Source: Thelocarpon superellum
Taxonomy: Eukaryota
DNA: 39,434 nucleotides
Assembly (NCBI GenBank): GCA_026025795.1
Contig: JAPEUG010000130.1
Location: forward strand, 1 to 39,434
Reading direction: 5' to 3'
The notes below the pieces were generated by a model. It searched no databases and was not told the origin of the DNA. It was given only the letters and a program-made list of their open reading frames with translations. Shown piece after piece: positions 10,784-20,481 of the stretch (position 1 is the stretch's first letter; every line of letters begins with the position of its first letter). The translations under genes and the position numbers were made by a program.

Positions 10784-11635
10784 ATGAAGCTCTCCAGCAC
10801 AGCTGCGTTCTTGGCATCCTATGCCGCCGCCCCAGCGCTTTCTCATCCTGCTCCTACCAACGAAGACATTCTCCCTGACGGTGCGGCCGGCGGTATATCG
10901 TACTCGATCCCCCTCCCCAAAGTCACCAATGACTCCGCGACAAGCGCCGTATGTGTGGTTCCAGTAAGCGGCGGCAACATCAGCGATGATTCTCAACTTT
11001 CTTATCACAACCTCTTTCCCCCGCTGGACAACGGTCCACTCTCATGCTTGTTGGGGGAACAGTTGACGAATCTTTGTCTGCCTCCGGGGACCTACCGCCC
11101 CGGACTCCCGCTCAGGAGCCCAGGAAATTCCCTTTTCATCTACGACTTCCCTTTCCACTCCCTCGGTGGCATTGCCCTTCCCCGCGACGCGGCGGCGTCG
11201 ATCCAGTTCTTTGACTCCAACGGCACCATAACCGCGCCGATCACGGAATCTGCGAATATGGCAGTCCCCGACGGGCAGGGTGGTTTGAGGAGCCTCAGCG
11301 CCGTAGCCTACTTGACGGCGAACGGCGGTGGATTTACGATCAACTCCACCCTCCCTACTCCACCACTCGCGTGTTTGTTCGCGAAGGTGGACTTCCAGGG
11401 TGACGTGCAATGTTTCAAGCCTGGTACTGGTCAGCTTTCGGCTCGCATGACCAACAAGACCAACAGCATGCGTCTCTTCGGGGGAGCCTTTGCCAAGGGC
11501 TACGCTGGTCAAGAGCAGGCCTTCCACTACGAGAACGACACTACCGAGGTGGCGCAACTTCCAGGTCCTTTTAACACGCTCATGGTCTCCCCGTGTCCGC
11601 CAGGCACTGTGCTTCAAGCAGACCTGCAGCAGTAG
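10784..11635 (+). CDS. Intronless secreted protein of unknown function (283 aa), C-terminal beta/gamma-crystallin-like motif
   Basis: GCCATG start; signal-peptide-like MKLSSTAAFLASYAAAPALS; 6 Cys; 6 N-x-S/T sequons; CLFAKVDFQGDVQCF..MTNKTNSMRLFGG. Confidence 0.75.
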   Translation: MKLSSTAAFLASYAAAPALSHPAPTNEDILPDGAAGGISYSIPLPKVTNDSATSAVCVVPVSGGNISDDSQLSYHNLFPPLDNGPLSCLLGEQLTNLCLPPGTYRPGLPLRSPGNSLFIYDFPFHSLGGIALPRDAAASIQFFDSNGTITAPITESANMAVPDGQGGLRSLSAVAYLTANGGGFTINSTLPTPPLACLFAKVDFQGDVQCFKPGTGQLSARMTNKTNSMRLFGGAFAKGYAGQEQAFHYENDTTEVAQLPGPFNTLMVSPCPPGTVLQADLQQ

Positions 11636-12245
11636 ACGCGTTATTTGACGAGAAGGAAAAGGAAAAGGAGACGGAAAAGGAAACGGTTTCGTCTTAGAGA
11701 TCGGCTAGATCCGGAGCTGTTTCCGCACCGACACAAGCATTATTTCCTATCGCTCAACCAGATATTTCCCTCCAGCTCACAATCCATTCTGTATCATGTG
11801 AGGATGGATAGAGGGCATCAAAGACGACCACAGGCGTGCCCGTCTGGGCGTTGATGTTGGTTGACCACGACTCGGTCAACGACTACGGGCATCTACATAG
11901 ACCAAGAACGATGAAGCTGACCCCTCCACGCCTCGTCCCGGTCAAAAATGTCGTCATCCGGTCGCTTCACCATCCAGTGTGAGAAGCTATCGCGGTTCTC
12001 ATAAGGCGGCGTCCAACGTGATTGGGTGAAAGTTTTGTAATGGGAAGTGCGTGGCTGATCACGTCTTCCCTCGAACACGTCTAAAGTGATGTCTCCGGCA
12101 GGTGTGGCCCATTCCTTCACTGCCGACGGCTTCTTCGCTCCCGACAAGTCTCGACGCACCCTAGCTCTGTTACTGAACATGACGCTTCCATAGACTTCTT
12201 GAAGCACGCTGCATGATCGTGGGCCAGGGTAGTAGAGGAAGAGAG

Positions 12246-13843
12246 ATGCAGAGCAAGCGGATAGCAATCGTCGGCAGTGGCTGCGCAGGCTTGGGTGCAT
12301 TGTGGGCGCTGAAGAGGACGGATCATGACGTTCACCTCTACGAGGCACAAGATCGCCTCGGGGGCCATACGAACACCGTGCCCTTCAGCAAAGATGGGGT
12401 CAAGACCATGGTCGACTCAGGCTTCATCGTCATGAACGCGGCCACCTACCGTAAGTTGGCACTGTGCTCCCATCTGCCTCGGCGACCGTGCGCCGCTCAC
12501 CCCATCTAGCCAACTTCATTGCCTTTCTCCGCGAGCTCCAAATTGAGACCGTCGACACGGACATGACCTTTGGAGTGTCCCGGGACCACGGCCTTTTTGA
12601 ATGGGCCGGCTCGTCCCCCGCCGCCATCTTTGCACAGACGTCGAACCTGCTCCAGCCGTCCATGTGGCGGATGATCTTTGATATCCTTCGCTTCAATCAA
12701 TTCGCTCTGGATCTCTTGATCCAGGAAGGGCTCCACGGATCCAACTCCGACGGACCCCAGGAGACCATTGGAGAGTACTTGGAGCGGGAGGGGTACTCAG
12801 ATCGCTTTCGCAATGACTACCTCATCCCCATGACCGCGGCCGTGTGGAGCACAAGCCCGGACAAGTGCTCGCTCCAATTCCCCGCCGTCACGCTCATTCG
12901 ATTCATGTGGAATCACCATCTCTTGACGGCCATCAGCAAGCGGCCCAAGTGGATGACGATCCCTGGGGGTGCCAAGCGGTACATCGAGGCGGTGCTGAAA
13001 GAATTTCCGGCCGATCACATCCACCTCCGCTCGCCTGTCACGTCCGTCCTGAAGAGTGACGAGGACTGCGTCATCCTAACGACCTCAGGTGGTCAAGTGC
13101 AATCGTACGACCACGTCATCTTGGCTACCCACGGTGATCAAGCGCTCGAGATTATTCAACCTGGCGCCACCGAGGCAGAAAAGGAGATTCTCGCGCAGTT
13201 CCAGACGAATAAGAACGTGGCTGTTTTACACTCGGACACCCGCGTACGCTCTCCTCTGCTATGTGATCCTACTCATCCTGACCCTTCGCAGCTCATGCCT
13301 CAACGTCGCATTGCATGGTCCGCGTGGAACTACATCACGCGGTCGTCGGCGACGTCTTCGAATATCGACCAAGTATGTCTCACATACTGGATGAATCTAC
13401 TCCAACACATTCCGGAAGACCGATTTGGACCCGTGCTCGTCACGCTCAATCCACTCTTCGACCCCGCCCCCGCCCTCACACAAGGTCGATGGGACTACGC
13501 TCATCCGCTATATACCCCGGCGGCAGTGAGGGCCCAAGGCCTCCTACCTACCATCCAAAACACCCGCGGGATCTCGTATGCGGGCGCATGGACAAAGTAC
13601 GGATTCCACGAAGACGGCTTCTCCTCGGGCCTGAAGGTCGCGATGGACCATCTGGGCGCCACACTACCCTTTCCATTCGTCGACTCGACCTTTTCGAGAG
13701 GAAAGGTGCCTGTGCTGGGACTCAAAGACCGCATTGCTCGGACTGTGCTTTGGTCGATCCAGCTTGCCATAGTCATTCTAAGCGGGCTACTGGGGCGACT
13801 GCAAGGTACGGTAGGTCCACAATTGAAGAACAAGGTGCAATGA
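12246..13843 (+). CDS. FAD/NAD(P)-binding oxidoreductase, amine-oxidase-like (COG2907 type); introns 12451-12509 and 13244-13291
   Basis: IAIVGSGCAG dinucleotide-binding motif, YEAQDRLGGHTNT, VDSGFIV.N..TYPNF, AWSAWNY, GAWTKYGFHEDGFSSG; C-terminal hydrophobic helix. Confidence 0.9.
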
Positions 13844-14178
13844 TTGAAGCGATTACCGACTATGACTGCAATTTTCCTTTTCGCGTCTTAGGGCTAAGCC
13901 GCACGAGCCAGGATAAGACGTGACCATGGGTGCAACGAAAGAGTGAATGACCTCGATTAGAGTCCTCAAGTGATGCTTTACGATGACAGCGATCGCATTC
14001 GATTGCAGACCCTCCATCAGTCCATTTCTAAAGTTATCTAGAGTCGAATATCGCTGAATTGCAGGTTCCGTGATAAGTTCCTGACTGACCAAAGTGAACA
14101 TTGCATCTCTCCTCTCGCTCCTGCATCCACTTCCCCTATCCCGCCCTGTGCGATATGGAATCCAACTCTACGTGAAAC

Positions 14179-15754
14179 ATGGCGTATCCCTTCACGCGAC
14201 ACCACGGGTCACCAAAGACACCCGATTTCATCAAAGGATTCGAACTGTCCAGCCGTAAGGCACCTCATCCTCGACCGAAGATGGGCTATGTTCGATTCCT
14301 GTGCATTTTCCTCGTGACCATCGTCGCGCTCTTCCTCACGCTTCATCCCTGGCTGCATCGACCCTCGACGCAGCTCGACCGGATCCCATTTGCCGAGTCG
14401 CAGATCACCGAGTGCGTCTCATGCTGGTGCTTGTTCTGGGCCGCGCCTCAGCTAAACCCCGATCACGCTCACTCGTGCTAGTCTGTGCCTCAGCTGATCT
14501 CCGCACACAGCTACTTTGGCCATTTCCAAGGCCGTCAGGACTGCGGAATCTCTTCGGAGGACGTGTACCTTCCTCCGCCCTCGACTCACCGTGATGGGAC
14601 GAAGGGGCAAATCGAGTATTGCAAGAACCGTGCCACCCTTCTCGAGGCCTTGAATGGTGGTGGTCGACATGGGTTCGATGCCCCGTACACGCCCAAAGGT
14701 GAGCTGACCTTCACATCACACAGAGACATCACGTTCGTCAATCCCGGCTCCACACTCACACGCATTCGCACGCAGCATGTCACTATCGATGGTACTCGAC
14801 TGCGGAGATATGCATGATCCTGGACCGATTCGATGGGATTATCTTCGTGGGGGATAACACGCTCCGACAAGTCTACGCGGCCTTTAATGTCCTCCTTCGC
14901 GAGAATGCCGCCCTGGGCGCTCTCAAGCAGTGGGAGATGAATGAGAGCGAGCGCGGCGCTTGCAGATGCGAGAGCCAGTTCATCAAGGCCGACTGTGCTC
15001 GCTTTGCCGTCGCTGAAAGTGAGGAAGTGAAAAAGAATGACGCAGGGAGTGGTCATCAGAGTCCATATTATTGCAACCGTATGTATCACCACCCTCCTCC
15101 TCTCCTCTCCCCTCCTACTTCTTCCACCACACCTCACAGAGGACCCAGATAACACGGCATGTTCAAGCAGGCACACCGCACAAATTCCTCTCCATCACGA
15201 GCTCGCCTGCATCCGACGAGCAACGGAGCAGCTTCCACAGCATCGCCGAAGGCGATCCGGAGTCGTACAAGCCCATCCCCATCATTCTCAGCCTCTCACT
15301 TGGCGCGTCCCTCTCGTGGCCCAGCACGACGGCGTCCATGGACGAGTGGGTCAGTCTGGCCGAAACGTCCGAACGCAGCGTGCCCATGCTCTGGCTCGGC
15401 CCCGTTGCAGCAGGCCATCTGAAGCCGCCTGGCCAGATCCTGTCGCAGGGCAACAACGCCCTCTGGCATTTCACGGTCGAGATGACCAAAGAGGCCCGCG
15501 CGAGGGACATGGACAGTTTGAACATGTATAATCTCACGCTCCAGGCTTCCAGCTGGGACGGTAGTGGGTATGGCGAGAAGGTCGCGCTGGTCCAGGCGCA
15601 GATGGTATATTACCCTTTTTCCTGTGTTCTTGTGTCCATGTGTCCTTTTGCGCTTCTGCTTCTGCCGCTATAGTGAGACGAAGGGGGAAGTATACTGATG
15701 GTGTGGGGTGCACGTTAGATCATCAACTGGCTCTCGAGACTGGACTCGACATGA
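14179..15754 (+). CDS. Type II membrane protein with SGNH/PC-esterase-like domain; about 5 exons
   Basis: N-terminal TM (FLCIFLVTIVALFLTL). In-frame GT-AG splicing (14412-14510, 14699-14776, 15079-15170, 15605-15718) yields GGGRHGFDAPY..CHYRWYSTAEICMILDRFDGIIFVGD..SSWDGSGYGEKVALVQAQMIINWLSRL. Confidence 0.75.
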
Positions 15755-16247
15755 GATGACAATAGATCGACGGACAGATAGATCGAGCAAGGGGCGAAGT
15801 GGAGAGAACCGCGGCGGGTGGCTTGAGGTATAGACATATCGCAGAAGGTAGATGTGACTACCCTTCAGTATCACGGTAGCTACTAGCTAGCCAAAGAAGG
15901 AATCTACCATGGAGTGGGGTGATGATGCGGTTGACTTACTCTTCTTTTCTTGTGCTTGTCCTCGTATTCGCTCTTCTGATTCGCGATTTGACTTGACCTG
16001 ATTTAATTTGATGGACGTAGTATACATGTCTCCCCTTCTCCCCCCTTCTCCTCCCTTTTCCTTCCTCTTCTTCGCTCACTCGCCCATCTACTGCACGATC
16101 CGCCCATTCGCCAACCTACCTGTCCGCCGGCCCGTCCATCCGTCCTTCCTTCCGTCCGTTCAAGCGCCCATCTGGCTTGCCTTGATGTTTCACCTACCAC
16201 TTTACTTCTCCTTCTTCCTGCCTCTCCTTTCCATTTCTTCTCTTCTC

Positions 16248-16271
16248 CTTCTTCTTCTTCTTCTTCTTCTT
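16248..16271. repeat. (CTT)8 microsatellite inside a ~300 nt pyrimidine-rich tract
   Basis: Read directly from the sequence. Confidence 0.9.
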
Positions 16272-16406
16272 CTGTCTCCCTTTCGCTAACTCATCTGCTC
16301 CCATTCCTTCACCGCCTCCCCTGCCTTGCCGAAATTGTACACCAACGGAACATGGAATTGTGATGCTAGGCGCGACCGTGAGGGGAAGTCCAATGCCCAT
16401 TGGACT

Positions 16407-16483
16407 TGTCGAATGTCGAATGTCGAGTGTCGAATGTCGAATGTCGAATGTCGAATGTCGAATGTCGAATGTCGAACGTCGAC
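16407..16483. repeat. Heptamer tandem array (TGTCGAA)x10 (one TGTCGAG variant) plus a degenerate CGTCGAC
   Basis: Units start every 7 nt from 16407. Confidence 0.95.
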
Positions 16484-16726
16484 AGTGACGAAAATGAAAA
16501 GGAGGACGAGGTAAAGCATGGACAGGTTGGATGTCAGGGACAGGAACGGGTGTCTCAAGACAAGGTGGCAAGACAACCGACACGAGTCCCAGAAAGCGGT
16601 ATGGACGCACGCCAAAGGAGGCGAACCAAGTGACCAAAATCTACAATACTGTACACGTGTCACGAGTCGCCACGTCACTCGGGTCGCATCAAATCAGAGG
16701 GGAGACACATTGCCTGGTGACGCGGG

Positions 16727-19173
16727 TCATGATGATGCGGACGCTGAGGGGCGGAAATTGATGATGGCAATCTACAAGCAAAGTGTTAGGGGGATGACAC
16801 GGGCGGGAACGACGATACCCACCTGACGATCAAAACCATACGCCAACTTTCCGCCCTCGGCGTCCCACGAGAGCAGGTGCGTATCGGATTCCTCTGACTC
16901 CGACCGTTCCCCATCGATGGCCATGGCATCATGCAGCATCTTGCCACTCCACGCGGCGAGCGGCAGGCCACCGTCACGGGAATTCCAGACGGAGATGAAG
17001 GAGTGCGTGGCGGCCGCGATGGCGTATCCATCCGGGGTGAAGGAGATGGCCATGACGGGGTTGTGGTGGCCCATGGACAGCGTGTGCATCAACAGCCACG
17101 GTCGCTTGCCCCGCCAAAGGCGCACGGTGCCGTCGGTGGACGAGGTGGCGAAGAGACGCGCGTCATCGTCATGGACCGGGCGCGTCTTGGGCATCGGTTG
17201 CAGCTCCAGCGCGGTGATCTGCTCCGCGTGCGCGGAGAAGGCGTGCAGTCGGTCGTGTTGATCCCAGATCTCGACGATGCTGCCATGGGTGCAGGTGATC
17301 AGCGAGCCGTGGGTGGGATCGTGTCGCACGAGCCAGAAATCACCGTGATCGGGTCGAGGATAGACGTGTGCCAGCGTCGTGTGCGCATCAAAGCGGTAGG
17401 TCTGAAGGGTCGAGCCGCCGGCGACGACGAAGCTGCCGTCGTGCAGCCAGGCCGCGTCCTCCAGGGTGACGTCGAGTTTGACGGAGTCCAGCTGGTCGGC
17501 GGACTGGGGGTCCCACAGGATGATGTTGCTCCCGTCGAGGCCGGCGCAGATACCCAGCAGCACCAGGCCCGAGGGGCTCCAGCGGAGGGAGAGGATGATG
17601 TCCTGGCCGGTGGGAAGGGCATGCACGAAGACGCCCGTCTTGGACCAGATGGCCACCTGGCCGTCGTACACATGATTGCCGTCGCAGAGGCCGACGGCCA
17701 GGTAGCTTCCCGTAGGACTCCAGGCCACAGTGCTAACCATCCACGTGATCTGGTCGTCGCTCTGAAGGTCGACGTAGGCGGTGGTGATGGCGGCGGGGGC
17801 GGGGCCGTCGGTGGTGGGCGAGGGCAGCGGCGGGGCCAGGGACCAGATGCGGCATAGCGCCTCGCTTCCGGCGGCCAGCAGGGATGAGGGGTCGAGGGGA
17901 TGCCATGCACAGTGCATGACGCTACCGCGCCTGCTGTGCTCCAATTCCAGGTAGGTCGTTTCCGACAGCTCGGCAATTTTCTCGACTTGCGTCCCCTTGG
18001 CTGCCGTGCGTGGTGGTGGCGGCGGCGGTGGAGGTGGGGACGAGCGTGGCCGCGGCGGCGTGGGCGTCGGAGTCGGCACCTCGGGCGAAGCCAGTGCACG
18101 AACGCCCGCGCCACCGGGCGCCGGGTTAGCGGGGGTGTGGGCTTGGGGTGCGTGGATCTGGGTGTGTGCATGGGCGTGGGCGTGGGCGTGGGCATACCCG
18201 TTGGTATGAGGATAGACGGCGGGCGCTGGTGGTAGAGGAAGTGGCGGCGCCTGCGCCTGGCTTTGCGTGGGCGGGCGCTGAGGGTGAAACGCACTCGTCT
18301 GGTGCTGGTGCTGGTGCGGGTGCGGGTGCGGGTGCGGTCCTGGGGGTTGCTCGGTCGGATCGACTTCCATGGGATCGGCCGGGTCGCCAGGTTCCGCGCC
18401 GTTACTTCGTCGTGGTCGCTTGCGCTCATGCTGCGACGAGAGGTCCGCACCGAAACCCGACCCCGACCCCGACCCCAATGAAGCCGCTGGGGCACCGTCA
18501 AGATCGCGCTCGTGTTTGCGAGACGATTCGAGCCCGCTAAGCATCTCGCCGCCCAAATCGCCATTTGCCGGGCCACCCGTCGCCCGCGCCCGCAGCGCCG
18601 ACCCCGGCCCAAAGAATTGGGCGGGCTCGGTCGTGGACGTGAGCGGCTGACCATGCTGCACCCGCCAAAATGCGTCAGCACCGCGTGCACCACCACCGCC
18701 GAGGCAGGATGCACCCGCATCGGGCCGTGTGTGATGGCGACTGACCTGATCGAGCGACTGCTCCACTTCATGATACTGTAGGCCCTTTTGCACCAGCGTC
18801 ACTAGCGCATGGGTCTTGATGTACTGGCCGAAGGGAAGGCCCTGCGGGTCTTCCGTCCAGTCACGCTGCAACTTGACCGCCGCCTCGCCATAGCCTAGCA
18901 ATGCACGGTCAGTATGAAATCGCCAATGATGCATCGGCGCAGCGATGCGACCGGACGAGACCCACCGGATTCTTGAAGATAGCTGTGTCGTTGGGGAGGT
19001 GCCTGTTAGCGAAGCGCAGCGTCGCCGTGCCTGGCACAGACCTCGCCCAGCCACGACATGCGTGGCGCGCAGGGCGAGGAGAGGGCGCGCGCAGGGCCGA
19101 TGGAGCGAGGGTGGGAGACGTACCGCCAGACCAGGTAATTGACGTGGCTTGACGTCAGCGACGTGCTCGACAT
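16727..19173 (-). CDS. SIF2: LisH + WD40 protein, Sif2/TBL1-like (Set3C histone deacetylase complex subunit); 5 exons
   Basis: MSSTSLTSSHVNYLVWR-YLQES-GYGEAA..ALVTLVQKGLQY LisH motif assembled over a 17-nt micro-exon (18982-18966). WD repeats such as FATSSTDGTVRLW. Last exon IAIINFRPSASASS* (16771-16727). Confidence 0.85.
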
Positions 19174-20481
19174 GGTTGCGCGACGACGGCCCGCGGCGGT
19201 CGGCGAGCAGCCGAGAGGGAACGAGCGACGACGGACCGTGGGATGGAGGAAGAGGAGGAAGAAGAGGAAAGTTGAGAAAGAAGAAGTGATGGCCGTGGCG
19301 CGCGCGATGGGTGGACGAAAGGGTATGCGCCGGGGAATCGTAGTCGCAGGCCAAGACGACGCCGACACCTCCCATCCGCCTGTGCCCGTGCCCGTCCCCG
19401 CCAAATCATCAACTAGCCAGTCTGGTCGTAAGCCAGGCCAAGTCCCGACCTTACCTAAGGTTAGGTCACGTACTGGGTGCTGAGGTGCTGGGGTGCTGGA
19501 ACGCTGGCACACCGAGCGACGAAACGACGTGCGCCGTGTGGGTAATTACTCGCCGCCGTAGCGGGTGCCGGAGGCCTGTAGACTGCCCGCCTTGGAGATG
19601 TGGCCCAAGGTGTTCGAGAAGGGTCAAGCCACCAGCGTGCAACCGGCGCTAGGGGTCCGATGGCGCTATGCCTGAGTTTGGCCAGTGTGGGAGGGTGGGC
19701 GGTCGGTCTCCGGGGCGCCGGGGTGCTCGTGGTGCTGCCACCCAGCGGCGGACGAGTAACGACGGCCACAGCGACGACGATAGCGACAGCGACCAAATGC
19801 CGGACTCGGCGACGGGAGCGAGCACGAGTAGAGTGCCCGCGCGGAGTCGCAGTCATGTCGTCGTGGCGTGGCACGGGTCCGCGGTCACCCGGGGAGTTGG
19901 CGAACTCGTCTGCAGAGAGCATGGCAGAAACGAGACCATGAACCTTGGAACGGTCAGGAACCGTGGGTAGCCGGTAGGTTATCCGCAATCCGAATGGACC
20001 AGTCCACGTCTGCCCACTCTACTGCCAAATATCAATCTCAGCAGTCGACGAGATGTTTTGAAGAAGTCCTTTTGCATAAACCCCGTGACCTGTGGTCGCG
20101 GTCACGGTGGATGTGGAGAGGAGACAGCGCACGTGACCGTCCAAAGATCTCCCGCCGGCAGCGACCGCAGTCGACTAGGCGGACGTGGTGCGTGCGGCGG
20201 GCCATGACTCGTCTAAACGTGCGGGCGGACGCGGCAATGATCATCGGCCGAAAGGACAACCATCCAACACCGCGATCGTGTGTGTCTCTGCGTGCTCCTC
20301 TGCGTGCTCGTGCGCCTGTGGATGCAGGTGAGCGTATCGGCCACAGCCTGCCCATAACTCCCACAGCGTGCCTGGTACATGACCTCGCTCGATCAAGTGG
20401 TCTGGGCCGCTGCCTCTTCCTTCCGCAGCGTCGCGCATCTACCGCCCTGACCAGCCCCAGCTCCGCGCCTGGTCCGGCCCA

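Noticed and set aside
14412..14510. Possible stwintron or micro-exon (internal TAG at 14481) in the SGNH-like first intron
   Set aside because: Use of the 14481 acceptor gives an immediate in-frame stop, and a second intron would be only 26 nt. A single 99-nt intron restores the frame.
16194..16678. ORFs with repeating STFDIRH / MSNVECR peptides, and a CRISPR- or telomere-like reading of the array
   Set aside because: These are translations of a 7-nt tandem repeat. There are no spacers, no TTAGGG, and the context is internal eukaryotic DNA.
16931..18771. 308-aa and 490-aa ORFs overlapping SIF2
   Set aside because: Arg/Pro/Gly-rich off-frame shadows of a GC-rich CDS.
19174..20481. 175-214 aa ORFs in the SIF2-TMEM115 gap
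   Set aside because: Low-complexity Arg/Ala/Pro composition typical of GC-rich non-coding DNA; no family signal.
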